Shown here piece by piece: positions 37,110 through 46,716 of a stretch of DNA of 64,000 nucleotides. Source of the stretch: an uncultured Actinomycetes bacterium. Lineage in GTDB: Bacteria > Actinomycetota > Acidimicrobiia > Spongiisociales > ZC4RG35. The stretch is taken from the NCBI GenBank assembly GCA_937989945.1, contig CALKIG010000047.1:14637-78636 (forward strand), given 5' to 3'. The translations under genes were made by a program, and so were the position numbers. The notes beneath the pieces were generated by a model that was not told the DNA's origin, searched no databases, and saw nothing but the letters and a program-made list of their open reading frames with translations. Numbering within the stretch: position 1 is the first letter of the stretch; every line of letters starts with the position of its first letter.

Positions 37110-39869
37110 ATGACGGACCGCATGACCGATGTCAGCCGAGTCTCACCTGATTCCGACTCAGGGCCTACCACCGCCGTGGCACTCCCGGCGGTCCGCGTCG
37201 TCGTGACCGCGGTCGAAGGTGCGGATATCTCTGCAGCGCTCGCTTCCATCAGGCGCCAAGCATATGACGGCAGGGTCGAGGTGGCTGTCGTCGGCGATCA
37301 TGACCTTGCCGCCGACGAGGCGACATTGGTCGAATCGCTCGAATCTGCAGTGTCGGGGACGGATGCCGACTTCGACTACCTCTGGATCCTCCACGCCGAC
37401 GCCCGACCTCGCCCCGACGCTCTCGTATCGCTGGTGCGGGAGGTCGAGAGGGCCGATGCCGGGTTGGGCGCCTCCAAGCTCCTGAAGGCGGGGACAACCG
37501 ATGTGCTCGAGTCGATAGGGAGCGCAACGGACGTGTTCGGTGAGCCATACACGGGTCTGGACGAGTCGGAAATAGATCTCCAGCAATACGACGTCGTTCG
37601 CGAAGTCTCCTACGTGACATCCGTTTCGATGCTTGTCCGCCGAGATCTGGCGCGTGGGCTTGGAGGGCTCGACAAGCTGATGCCACCTGACGCCGCCGGT
37701 CTCGACTTCTCACAGCGAGCCCGCATAGCGGGGGCCCAAGTGATCATCGTCCCCTCGTCGGAGGTGTATCACCAGGGCCGGTGCCGGGCCCAGGAAGGTT
37801 GGAGAGAAAGGGCTGGACGCCTCCGGGCCATGCTCATCGCGTACAGGCCTCTCACGCTCGTCTGGGTCGTCCCGCTCTCTCTGATGGTCGGCTTGCTCGA
37901 CTCGATCCTCAATCTGCTTCTCCTCCGATGGCAGCACCTGGCGAGCTATATCGCCACATGGGCATGGAATCTCCTTCATCTTCCCTCCACCTGGGGAGCC
38001 CGCCGAAGGGCCAATGCGATCCGAAGCGGAGGAGACGAGGAGCTCTTCAGATTTCAGACATCGGGCTCGGTTCGCCTCCGCACCGTTGGAGCTGAGATCA
38101 GCGCACGTGTCCTCTCGATGTTCGACGAGGATCAGGCGATAACGCGGGGAGCGAAGCGAATGTGGTCCAGCCCCGGGATCGTTGGCGCCCTCGTCGCTGT
38201 CGTAGTCGCCCTTCTCGCCTCCAGAAGCGTGATCTTCTCCGGAGTTCCCAATGCCGGCATGAGCTTTCCGTTCGAGCCCCCCACTCTCTCGTTGCAGCGC
38301 TTCGTCGGCGGGTGGAATGAGGCGGGGCTCGGGTCGCCGGCGCCAGTGCATCCCTCTGTCGGTTTCACCGGCCTGATCAGCCTCCTGTGGTTTGGAGCCG
38401 AAGGGGCCGCCCGTACCTTGCTCACAATCGGAGCAGGAGTCATCGCGATTCTCGGGATGGGCAGGCTGATGGGCCGTCTCGGGTTGCGCGGGTCAGGCAG
38501 GTATGTCGCCGGTCTCGTTGCCATCGCCGGTCCGGGCACGGCCGCACTCACTGGCGCTGGGTCCTGGACCGCTCTCATCGGGGCTGCTCTTCTCCCTTGG
38601 GCTCTGCGGGCGGTGTTCGTGCACCCCACTGAAGAGGGTCGGAGTCGCCTTTCGGCTCTCGGATGGGCCCTGATCATCGGGTGGATCACGGCGGCAGTCT
38701 CGCCTCTTCTCGTAATCGTTCCTGTGCTGGCTGCGGTCATCTGGGCGATACAGGGAGGACGGCGATCTCGACTGCTTCTCGCGCTGGCGACCCTCGTTGG
38801 GGGAGTGGCAGCTGCCAACTTCATCTCCGGTGACCCTGGATGGGTGCTCGATGCCGGCCGTCGCCTCGGCCTAGACGTGCCTTTGATCTGGCCTGGGTTG
38901 ATTCTCGTGGCAGCGCTGCCCTTGTTTCTCGACGAGAGCAGACACAGGCGCGCCGCCGCCTTTGGGGGCCTTCTCGCACTAGGTGGCCTGGTCGCCTTCC
39001 TAATGGGCTATGGCGGGCCCGGCTTCGAGGAGGCGACACTCGTCACTGCTTCGGTCGGAACAGCCATCGTCGTCGGCGTGTCACTCGACCGCGTGAAGCT
39101 GGATGTGCTGCCCATAGCGTCGGCGCTCGCTTCGGTCGCGATCCTCATTCTCTCGATCGGCTCGATCTTCAACGGGTCCATGGGGCTACCCCAGGGTGAT
39201 GTGAATGACGAGTTGTCTTTCTCAGAGTCGCTCGCCGAAGACGAATCGCCCCGGCGCATTCTCTTCGTCTCAACAGAACGCGATCTGGTGCCGGGTGCAT
39301 CTCGTTCCGGTCCCGGTGTCTGGTACCGGGTCTTGGACGGGAAAGGCACGACAAACGACGAGGTCTGGCTCCCTCCCGAGCGCCTTGGAGATCGGGCACT
39401 CGCTGACACACTCGAGGACATTGCCACGGGCGGCGTCCTCCGTCCGGGTGAGGCGCTCTCCGAGTTTGCTATCGGCTGGATTGTCGTCGACGGTGAACCG
39501 TCGTCGATCGACGCGGCGTTGGACAGCCAGCTCGATGTCATTCCGTTGCCCTTCGACCAGGTGGCTCGGGTGTATGAGAACCCGACGGCCGCACCCATCG
39601 CTCTTGGCGAGGAGGGAGACATCTGGACACGCGACGGCCTCGATTGGGTCGGTCCCGAGTCGGACGGTCGAGTCGCGCTGTCAATCAACTACACAACTGG
39701 ATGGGAGCCCGACGGCGAACGAGTGCAATGGCACCCGACCGTCTCCGCCGCAAATGGTGTCGCCTCTTATCAACCTCATCCCACCAACGCTCTTCTCGGC
39801 TGGGTGTCGTTGGGCACATTGGCCGCCGGGCTAGTGCTCGTGTTGATCGGACGGGGGAGGCGAACGTGA
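37110..39869 (+). CDS. Fusion protein with an N-terminal GT2-like (GT-A) domain and a C-terminal polytopic membrane domain of about 600 aa.
   Basis: GT-A region with DxD (TDADFDYLWILHAD) followed by many hydrophobic helices. The start is at MTDRMTD; the ORF-track start 36597 overlaps cofD in antisense. Confidence 0.7.
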   Translation: MTDRMTDVSRVSPDSDSGPTTAVALPAVRVVVTAVEGADISAALASIRRQAYDGRVEVAVVGDHDLAADEATLVESLESAVSGTDADFDYLWILHADARPRPDALVSLVREVERADAGLGASKLLKAGTTDVLESIGSATDVFGEPYTGLDESEIDLQQYDVVREVSYVTSVSMLVRRDLARGLGGLDKLMPPDAAGLDFSQRARIAGAQVIIVPSSEVYHQGRCRAQEGWRERAGRLRAMLIAYRPLTLVWVVPLSLMVGLLDSILNLLLLRWQHLASYIATWAWNLLHLPSTWGARRRANAIRSGGDEELFRFQTSGSVRLRTVGAEISARVLSMFDEDQAITRGAKRMWSSPGIVGALVAVVVALLASRSVIFSGVPNAGMSFPFEPPTLSLQRFVGGWNEAGLGSPAPVHPSVGFTGLISLLWFGAEGAARTLLTIGAGVIAILGMGRLMGRLGLRGSGRYVAGLVAIAGPGTAALTGAGSWTALIGAALLPWALRAVFVHPTEEGRSRLSALGWALIIGWITAAVSPLLVIVPVLAAVIWAIQGGRRSRLLLALATLVGGVAAANFISGDPGWVLDAGRRLGLDVPLIWPGLILVAALPLFLDESRHRRAAAFGGLLALGGLVAFLMGYGGPGFEEATLVTASVGTAIVVGVSLDRVKLDVLPIASALASVAILILSIGSIFNGSMGLPQGDVNDELSFSESLAEDESPRRILFVSTERDLVPGASRSGPGVWYRVLDGKGTTNDEVWLPPERLGDRALADTLEDIATGGVLRPGEALSEFAIGWIVVDGEPSSIDAALDSQLDVIPLPFDQVARVYENPTAAPIALGEEGDIWTRDGLDWVGPESDGRVALSINYTTGWEPDGERVQWHPTVSAANGVASYQPHPTNALLGWVSLGTLAAGLVLVLIGRGRRT

Positions 39870-41152
39870 AGTGGATCTCGCCAATCGTCGTTCTGGCCCT
39901 CGGGGCGGCCGCCATCTTGCTGCCTCCTCCAGCTGAGCCTCAACCTGACGCAGTGCCAGGCACGGTCTCACCCCCACTTGCGATTTGCCCCACGGAGGAG
40001 GGGGGAACGAGGAGCTCCGAGCTCGATGTCGTCTCCACCGCGGCTGGCTCTGGTCGCATCTCGATTTTTTCCGGCGGTGGCTCGGTTGGATCGACCACCT
40101 TTGAGACCGGGGCTTCGGGGTCGGTGGCCGTGCCAGTTGGAGGCATCGCGGCCGTAGGCGAGGCAGCCGGCCTCGTCGAGTTCCCCGTGTCCGAGTCGGC
40201 AGCCGCCTCGATCACGAGAGGCAACGGGCTTCTCTCGGCCGAGCTCTGTTCGAGGATCCCCGATCGACAGGTGGTAGTTGGTGGTGGCACGACCACCGAA
40301 GACCGCATCTTTCAGATCAACCTCATGAACCCGTATTCGGCGGGCGCTGTGGTCGACATCACCGCGTTCTCGGAGTCGGGGCGGGAGTCGGCTGACACAC
40401 TCCGCTCGATCGTGGTCCCGGCGAGATCTTCGGTGATGGTTGATGTCGGCTCGCTGCTGCCCGGCCGCGAGAGTCTCAACCTCGTCGTCGATGTCACCGC
40501 GGGCAGCGTCGTGACCAGCGCCAGCCTGGAGGCAAACGGTGATCAGGCCACTTGGCGCGCAGCTGCACCGCAAGAGATCTGGTACGCACCGCTACCTGTA
40601 TATGCGGGATCCCGCGAGCTGGTCATTGCTTCTGCAACCCCGTCGGACGTAGCGTTCCAGGTGGATGTGTTTGGGCCGAACGGTTTAGAAGAGGCCGCCC
40701 TCGAGGGAACAGTTGCGGCCGGGGGCCAAGAGATAGTCGATTTGGGCAGTTTGTCGCCGGCAGCCATCGCAGTTCGAGTCGTGGCGACGGCTCCGGTCGG
40801 GGTGTTCGCCAGGTTGAGTGGTGAGGGGGGCATCGCTCTGGCGACCGCTTTGGATTCGTCTGCTGCCGAGTGGCTCATGCCCGGAGCAGGCTCGAGTCGG
40901 ACTGCCGGGCGGCTCGTATTGGTGAACGTGGGCGTGGAGCCGGCGCAAGTGACGGTCACCGAACTACGCGAAGACTCGAGATCGCGCGTGGTCGAGCTGC
41001 CGCCGAATGCCGTGGTCGAGGTGACCCTGGACGAGGTGCCCTCACACGGAGTGGCAGTGATCGCCGACAGCCAGGTGATCCCGATGTGGGTCGGCCAATC
41101 GGCCAATGCCATCGCCCTCAGCGGTGGGCACCCGATTCAACCCGAGCAGTGA
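39866..41152 (+). CDS. Membrane-anchored or secreted protein, DUF5719-like, of unknown function.
   Basis: GTG start overlaps the stop of the upstream gene (GTGA). It has an N-terminal hydrophobic anchor and a Gly/Ala/Val-rich beta-rich domain. The DUF assignment is from memory. Confidence 0.5.
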   Translation: MKWISPIVVLALGAAAILLPPPAEPQPDAVPGTVSPPLAICPTEEGGTRSSELDVVSTAAGSGRISIFSGGGSVGSTTFETGASGSVAVPVGGIAAVGEAAGLVEFPVSESAAASITRGNGLLSAELCSRIPDRQVVVGGGTTTEDRIFQINLMNPYSAGAVVDITAFSESGRESADTLRSIVVPARSSVMVDVGSLLPGRESLNLVVDVTAGSVVTSASLEANGDQATWRAAAPQEIWYAPLPVYAGSRELVIASATPSDVAFQVDVFGPNGLEEAALEGTVAAGGQEIVDLGSLSPAAIAVRVVATAPVGVFARLSGEGGIALATALDSSAAEWLMPGAGSSRTAGRLVLVNVGVEPAQVTVTELREDSRSRVVELPPNAVVEVTLDEVPSHGVAVIADSQVIPMWVGQSANAIALSGGHPIQPEQ

Positions 41153-41155
41153 GCG

Positions 41156-41518
41156 ATGCCGGAAACCGTCGTCCGGCTCATTCTCGTGATCGCGGTCCTG
41201 GGAGTCGTGGCCGTGGCCGTGACGGTGATGCGGATCAGGGCGCGCTCTTCGTCCCGGCGTGTCTTCCAGCCTGATCTGGAAGCCGGCGTATACCTCTTCA
41301 CCTCAGCCACCTGCCTCGATTGCGAAAGGGCCCGGGAAGTCATGTTGACCCGATTCGGGCCGAGCGGTTTCACTGAACTCGCGTGGGAGCAGAGCCCCGA
41401 AATCTTCGCAAGGCTCTCCATCGACAGGGTGCCATCGACTCTCCTTGTGGAAGAGAGAGGTTCGGCGAGGCTCTGGGAAGGTCAGCCCGACGAAATGATT
41501 TCGGCCGTTGATCCTTGA
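41156..41518 (+). CDS. Small membrane-anchored thioredoxin/glutaredoxin-like protein with a CxxC motif.
   Basis: N-terminal TM helix and a CLDC motif in an about 80-aa thioredoxin-fold-sized domain. It starts 3 nt after the upstream stop. Confidence 0.5.
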   Translation: MPETVVRLILVIAVLGVVAVAVTVMRIRARSSSRRVFQPDLEAGVYLFTSATCLDCERAREVMLTRFGPSGFTELAWEQSPEIFARLSIDRVPSTLLVEERGSARLWEGQPDEMISAVDP

Positions 41519-41772
41519 ATGGGGAACTAGCGACTCCTACCGTCTGCGCCATGCTTGTGAGCTGTACCCGCTGCAATTCTCCTGCCGCGGTGATGATGAC
41601 ATTCAATTACACGGACAGCGCGGTATGGCTCGATGACATGACCACCGCCAGTGAGCCATACGGCTACCCCCTCTGTGCCAATCACGGCGACCGGATGACG
41701 CCGCCCCACGGGTGGACCCTCACCGACCGCCGTACGACGACGAGGCTGTTCGCACCACTCTCAGTGGCCTGA
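41515..41772 (+). CDS. DUF3499-family protein (the conserved actinobacterial Rv3258c-like family).
   Basis: Zinc-ribbon-like C..C..A....TFNYTD.AVWLD.....EPYGYPLCANH.......PPHGW matches the DUF3499 pattern. ATGA overlap with the upstream gene. Confidence 0.6.
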   Translation: MNGELATPTVCAMLVSCTRCNSPAAVMMTFNYTDSAVWLDDMTTASEPYGYPLCANHGDRMTPPHGWTLTDRRTTTRLFAPLSVA

Positions 41773-42050
41773 TGGCTCTGGATCGCGATCTGCTCGATGC
41801 GGTCCGCGATCTGGACGACCATGAGTTGCGTCGTCTTCTCATACTCACCCGGTCTCAGCTGGAGCGCTCGGGCGCGATCGAGCCGGACAACGAGCCCGAG
41901 GTCAGTCTTCGCCAGCAGGAAGTGCGTTGCGGGAAGCGGGGGTGCACCAAGTGCCCTCACGGGCCGTATTGGTACGCCTATTGGACCGAGAACGGCCGAC
42001 GCCGCAGTCGCTACATAGGGCGTCTACTCGACGAGGAAACGTTGTTGTAA
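41772..42050 (+). CDS. Hypothetical small protein of 92 aa with a CGKRGCTKCPHGPYWYAYW motif.
   Basis: Its start overlaps the upstream stop (TGATG). The C-terminus is Cys/aromatic-rich. Confidence 0.4.
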   Translation: MALDRDLLDAVRDLDDHELRRLLILTRSQLERSGAIEPDNEPEVSLRQQEVRCGKRGCTKCPHGPYWYAYWTENGRRRSRYIGRLLDEETLL

Positions 42051-42106
42051 ACAGTGTGCACATTTACAGTGTCACCCACCACACCCCCAAGACATGGACG
42101 GAGCCG

Positions 42107-42283
42107 ATGGACTGCCCCCAGTGCTCAACACCTGATGTGATTGAAATCGACCAGACTTTGCCCGACGGCCAGCAAGTCCGTTTCTTCTCATGCCATCACT
42201 GTGAGGAGAAGTGGTGGACCCAGGGCGACAAGGAGGTCGACCTGAGTCAGATCCTGGAGATGGTCCGCGAACACAAGGCGTGA
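42107..42283 (+). CDS. Small zinc-ribbon protein of 58 aa (CPQC...CHHC).
   Basis: Two CxxC pairs separated by 25 aa. The start could lie upstream, because the ORF is open from 41927. Confidence 0.4.
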   Translation: MDCPQCSTPDVIEIDQTLPDGQQVRFFSCHHCEEKWWTQGDKEVDLSQILEMVREHKA

Positions 42284-42309
42284 GCCTGCTCAGCCGTTTG
42301 AGGCCCAAC

Positions 42310-44640
42310 ATGGGGTGGCCGGCGGTGATCGCCATCGCCGGCGTCTCGCTGATCATCTTCATCATCCTGAACCCGTGGCTGCTGCTCACTTCGACCACGC
42401 CCACCGGTGGAGACATGGGAGCGCACGTGTTTGGCCCGGCCTTCCTCAGGGACACACTCCTGCCCGAGGGACGAATCCTCGGGTGGTCCGATGACTGGTT
42501 TGCCGGCTTTCCCGCCTTCTACTTCTACTTCCCTCTCCCATCGCTGACCATCGTCCTGCTCGATCTCATCCTTCCCTATGGGGTGGCTTTCAAGCTCGTC
42601 ACCGTGCTGGGGTTGATCGGGCTGCCGTTCGCCGCGTACTTCCACGCTCGCTGCATAGGGCTCTCCAGATCGGTCTCGGTGGTTGCCGCCACATCCGGCG
42701 CCATCTTCGCCTTCATGGAGAGCTTCAACATTTTCGGGGGCAACATCGCATCGTCCCTTGCCGGCGAGTTCTCCTACTCATGGTCGTTTGCCTTGTCGCT
42801 TGTGTACCTCGGGCTCCTCATCAGGGGCGTCCGGGACGACCGGCGCTATCTGAAGTGGGCGGCGCTCGCACTTGCCCTGACTGCTCTATCCCATATCCTC
42901 ACCACGCTCGTAATCGTCTTTGCGTCGCTTTTCGTGCTCGGCTGGAAGAAGGGCGTGACCCGTGCACCGCTGGTGTGGGTTTGGGGCTTCGCAATCGCTG
43001 CGTTCTGGGCTCTGCCACTGCTGGCGCGGATCGGGCTGACGTCGGACATGGCGTGGACGCCCTTGAGCCGTCTCGAGGAGATCTTCCCTGTGGAGCTCTG
43101 GCTCTTGCTGCCGCTCGCTATCGCAGGAGCGGTCTGGGCGGTTCGGCGATCTACCAGCGCTGTCCCACTGATCGCCGCGACGCTTCTACCGGTGATCTAC
43201 TACCCGCTCCCGAATGTGCTCCCCGAGCTTCTGCCGGAGATCTTTGACGGGCAACGCTGGAAGCTTTGGAACGGGAGACTCTTGCCTTACTGGTATTTCG
43301 GCGTGGCCTTCTTCGCCGCGGTCGCGGTTGGGGCTGCTGTCGTCTGGGCGAGCCGTCGTCTCCCCTCGCGAGCGTCGATCGCATGGGTCAGAGGCCTGAT
43401 CGTGCTTGTCACGGCTGTTGGTGCAGGTCTTGCCGCCGATGCCGCGGAGTTCCCTGACTGGGTTTGGACCCTGTTCGTCGCGGGCGGGATGCTCTTGCTC
43501 GTCGCATCGCTGTGGTGGGGTGAGTCGGTGGGCACTCGTGACTACCTGGTCAGCTTCGCCGTGGTCGTTCTCGCCCTCGGTGCCCTTTCGGGTGTGACCT
43601 TTGTGGACGGTTGGGCCAAGTGGAACTACGAGGGCTACGAAGCCAAAGGGCCCTGGCCCGAATACGAGGCCCTCATGATCGAAATCGACAGCCTCCCGGA
43701 TGGTCGTGTCCAGTGGGAGGGGAACAGCGAGTGGAATCAATACGGGACGCCCATGTCACCAATGCTGATCCCGTATTGGACCCAAGACTCTCACGAATCG
43801 ATGGAAGGCCTCTATTTCGAGTCGTCGCTCACTACGCCCTTTCACTTCATCAACTCCTCGGAGATGTCCCTCAACGCTTCCAACCCCATCCCCGGTCTCC
43901 GCTACAACAACTTCCAACTGGAGCGCGGCCTGAAACACCTCGACCTCTACGGTGTCTCGTACTACGTCAACATCACCCCGGAAGCAGGCCAGGCCGCCGA
44001 CGAGCTCGAATCCATGACGAAGATCGCCGAATCCGGGCCGTTCGGGATCTTCGCCCTTCCCGAAACGCAACTGGTCGAGGCTGCCGAGTTCGTGCCCTCG
44101 GTGTACGAGGTTCCCGAGAGGGGGCCGCTTGCGGCTTTGATCGGCTCGGAGACTGTCATCGGCGCCGACGGCGAGCCGCTGCCGAGCTTTCACGATATGG
44201 CACTCCAATGGTACGACGATGTGGACAACCTGGATCTGTGGGTGGTTGCCGACGGACCGGAGTCGTGGCCGAGGATCGAGTCCCTCGACGAGCGTGAAGC
44301 CGTGCCCACGGGCGCTCCCGAAGACGCTGTCTCCGACATCTCATTCGACGACCACCGGATCTCCTTTCGCACCGAGGCCGTCGGTGTGCCACACCTGGTG
44401 AAGATGTCCTACTTCCCGAACTGGGAGGCAACTGGCGCCGACGGCCCGTTTCGCGCTACGCCGTCCCTCATGGTTGTGGTCCCCACCGCCGAGGATGTGG
44501 TGATCGAGTTCAACGACACGTGGGCCGAGACGGGAGGGAAGGTCCTGACCGTCCTTGGAGTGCTCGCACTCGTGGCAGTAGTGGTCGCTATCGAGGTCCG
44601 CCGCCGAAGGGGCCAGCGGACGGACGGAGCAAGTTCCTGA
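42310..44640 (+). CDS. Large polytopic membrane protein of 776 aa, a putative GT-C-like glycosyltransferase.
   Basis: About 13 N-terminal TM helices with a conserved loop (GGDMGAHVFGPAFLRD) and a soluble C-terminal domain of about 300 aa. The final C-terminal TM anchor is followed by a basic tail. Confidence 0.6.
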   Translation: MGWPAVIAIAGVSLIIFIILNPWLLLTSTTPTGGDMGAHVFGPAFLRDTLLPEGRILGWSDDWFAGFPAFYFYFPLPSLTIVLLDLILPYGVAFKLVTVLGLIGLPFAAYFHARCIGLSRSVSVVAATSGAIFAFMESFNIFGGNIASSLAGEFSYSWSFALSLVYLGLLIRGVRDDRRYLKWAALALALTALSHILTTLVIVFASLFVLGWKKGVTRAPLVWVWGFAIAAFWALPLLARIGLTSDMAWTPLSRLEEIFPVELWLLLPLAIAGAVWAVRRSTSAVPLIAATLLPVIYYPLPNVLPELLPEIFDGQRWKLWNGRLLPYWYFGVAFFAAVAVGAAVVWASRRLPSRASIAWVRGLIVLVTAVGAGLAADAAEFPDWVWTLFVAGGMLLLVASLWWGESVGTRDYLVSFAVVVLALGALSGVTFVDGWAKWNYEGYEAKGPWPEYEALMIEIDSLPDGRVQWEGNSEWNQYGTPMSPMLIPYWTQDSHESMEGLYFESSLTTPFHFINSSEMSLNASNPIPGLRYNNFQLERGLKHLDLYGVSYYVNITPEAGQAADELESMTKIAESGPFGIFALPETQLVEAAEFVPSVYEVPERGPLAALIGSETVIGADGEPLPSFHDMALQWYDDVDNLDLWVVADGPESWPRIESLDEREAVPTGAPEDAVSDISFDDHRISFRTEAVGVPHLVKMSYFPNWEATGADGPFRATPSLMVVVPTAEDVVIEFNDTWAETGGKVLTVLGVLALVAVVVAIEVRRRRGQRTDGASS

Positions 44641-45307
44641 TTCGGAAGAGCCCTAGGACGGTACGGGGCACACGTTTCACCAGCGAGGAACGGGCGGAAC
44701 GCATCTCCTCTACCACCACGGGCACCTCGACGATCCGGTAGCCGGCGCGCTCAGCCCGAATCACCAGCTCGGTGTCGAACAGGTCCTGTCGGCTGACGAC
44801 CTCATCGTTGAGGTCGTCGATGAGGGCCCGGCTGAATGCCTTCATACCGTGCGTGTCCGACACGCGGGAGCGCAGGATGGTGCGGAGGAGGAGATTGAAG
44901 ACTCTTGTCGCGATGCGACGGATCAAAGGACGGCGGTCCTCTGATCCTGGATCACGCTTGGACCCGATGACCAGATCGACGTCTTCGAGTGCGACCACCC
45001 TCCGCAGGAAGTCTGCTGAGAAATAGTCGATGTCGAAATTGACCACCCACTCGCCTTTCGATGCTTTGAAGCCTTGATACATGGCGTTGCCGTAATCCGC
45101 GCTGTCCAGCGACTGGACTTCTACGGGAGCGTCAGCGGCCGCGTCCCGTGCCGCTTGGGCGGAGTCGTCAGAGGAGCCGTTCTCCACGATGATCACCTCG
45201 TAGGCATCGCCGAGCGATTCCATTTCAGCGACCAATGCAGGGAGCGCCTTTGGGATGAACGAGGCCTCGTTGTACACGGGCACGACGACGGAGAATTTCG
45301 GGGCCAT
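44588..45307 (-). CDS. GT2 polyprenol-phosphate glycosyltransferase (dolichol/polyprenol-phosphate mannose synthase-like).
   Basis: N-terminus FSVVVPVYNEA, motifs VIIVENGSSDDS and VNFDIDY, about 240 aa and soluble, typical of the Ppm1/DPM1 family. Confidence 0.7.
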   Translation of the reverse strand: MAPKFSVVVPVYNEASFIPKALPALVAEMESLGDAYEVIIVENGSSDDSAQAARDAAADAPVEVQSLDSADYGNAMYQGFKASKGEWVVNFDIDYFSADFLRRVVALEDVDLVIGSKRDPGSEDRRPLIRRIATRVFNLLLRTILRSRVSDTHGMKAFSRALIDDLNDEVVSRQDLFDTELVIRAERAGYRIVEVPVVVEEMRSARSSLVKRVPRTVLGLFRIRNLLRPSAGPFGGGPR

Positions 45308-45375
45308 GGGAGGCGCGAAGTGTAGATATCGGGAGGACTTAGGCCACCACGCCAGCCGCCTTAGTATCTACGACG

Positions 45376-46716
45376 ATGAACCCCGATGCGGTCTTCAAAG
45401 CTTATGACATAAGGGGTCGGACTGATACGGGAGACATCGACAGTGAGCTGTACTTCCGGATCGGCGTTGCCCTCGTCGAAGCTCTCGACGCAGACAGATG
45501 TGCCGTCGGTCGCGACTGTCGGGCCTCCTCTGAGGAGCTCGCGCTGTCCTTGATGGATGGTCTCATGGCCGCCGGTGCCAACGTCGTCGACCTCGGTGAG
45601 ATCCCAACCGATGTCCTCTACTACTACTCAGGGGCACGGGAGATAGCGGGCGCAGTAGTGACGGCATCACACAACCCCGCCGAGTACAACGGCCTCAAGA
45701 TCTGCAAGCCCGGTGCGGTGCCCGTCGGTGAGGATTCGGGTCTTGCCGACATCAAGGCCATGGTCACCGGGTTCTCCCCACCGGATGTCGAGATGCGAGG
45801 AAGCGTTATCCAGTTCGACCCGGTCCCGGGGTATCTCGATCACATCTTCAACGTGGTCGACCCTGGGACAATCGGGCAACTCCGAGTTGCCGTCGACGGC
45901 GGCAACGGGATGGCCGGGGTCGTCCTCGAACAGGTCTTCGATCGGATGGCCGCAGAGCTCACCGGCATCTACCTGGAGCCGGACGGGTCATTCCCCAATC
46001 ATCCGGCAGATCCGCTGCAGGAGGAGAACCTCGCCGACCTCATAGCGGAGATGGGGCGTGGCGACTACGACCTGGGAGTTGCCTTCGACGGTGACGCAGA
46101 CCGCGCATTCTTCATCGACGATGCAGGACGGCCGGTTTCCGGGAGCACAGTGACCTCCCTCGTTGCGCGTTACATGCTTGCGCGGAACCATGGCGCATCG
46201 ATCGTCCACAATCTCATCACCAGCCGGGCGGTTCCCGAGATCGTCAGCGAGTCGGGCGGCACGCCCATCCGGACCCGGGTCGGCCACTCTTTCATCAAGA
46301 AGGTCATGGCGGACACTGGCGCGGTGTTCGGCGGCGAGCACTCCGGCCACTACTACTTCGCCGACAACTACCGCGCCGACTCGGGGATCCTGGCCATGTT
46401 GGTGATGCTCAGCGTCATGAGCGAAGCGGGCGAGCCGCTATCCGCGTTGCGTCGGGAAGTCGAGCGGTACCACTCCTCTGGCGAGATCAACTTCGCCGTT
46501 GCCGACCAGGACCTTGCGATGGAAAAGGTCGTATCGTCCTTCCGGGACGCCGGGATCGATCGTCTCGATGGTTTGTCGGTCGACACGGGTGACACTTGGT
46601 TCAACCTGAGGGCTTCGAACACCGAGCCCTTGCTACGGCTCAATGTCGAGGGACACGATTCCGAGGACGTCGCATCGATGGTGGAACGTGTGAGGGAAAT
46701 CGTGACGGAGGCGTGA
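45376..46716 (+). CDS. manB: Phosphomannomutase/phosphoglucomutase.
   Basis: Active-site TASHNPAEYNG plus Mg and sugar-binding loops. Confidence 0.85.
   Translation: MNPDAVFKAYDIRGRTDTGDIDSELYFRIGVALVEALDADRCAVGRDCRASSEELALSLMDGLMAAGANVVDLGEIPTDVLYYYSGAREIAGAVVTASHNPAEYNGLKICKPGAVPVGEDSGLADIKAMVTGFSPPDVEMRGSVIQFDPVPGYLDHIFNVVDPGTIGQLRVAVDGGNGMAGVVLEQVFDRMAAELTGIYLEPDGSFPNHPADPLQEENLADLIAEMGRGDYDLGVAFDGDADRAFFIDDAGRPVSGSTVTSLVARYMLARNHGASIVHNLITSRAVPEIVSESGGTPIRTRVGHSFIKKVMADTGAVFGGEHSGHYYFADNYRADSGILAMLVMLSVMSEAGEPLSALRREVERYHSSGEINFAVADQDLAMEKVVSSFRDAGIDRLDGLSVDTGDTWFNLRASNTEPLLRLNVEGHDSEDVASMVERVREIVTEA

Noticed and set aside
41712-41771. A GTG-initiated ORF (41712..42050) overlapping DUF3499 that might indicate a frameshift fusing DUF3499 to the downstream protein.
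   Set aside because: The DUF3499 frame ends at a TGA that overlaps an ATG (TGATG) in the downstream frame. This is a normal translational-coupling junction, so no frameshift is needed. The downstream gene is called from 41772.
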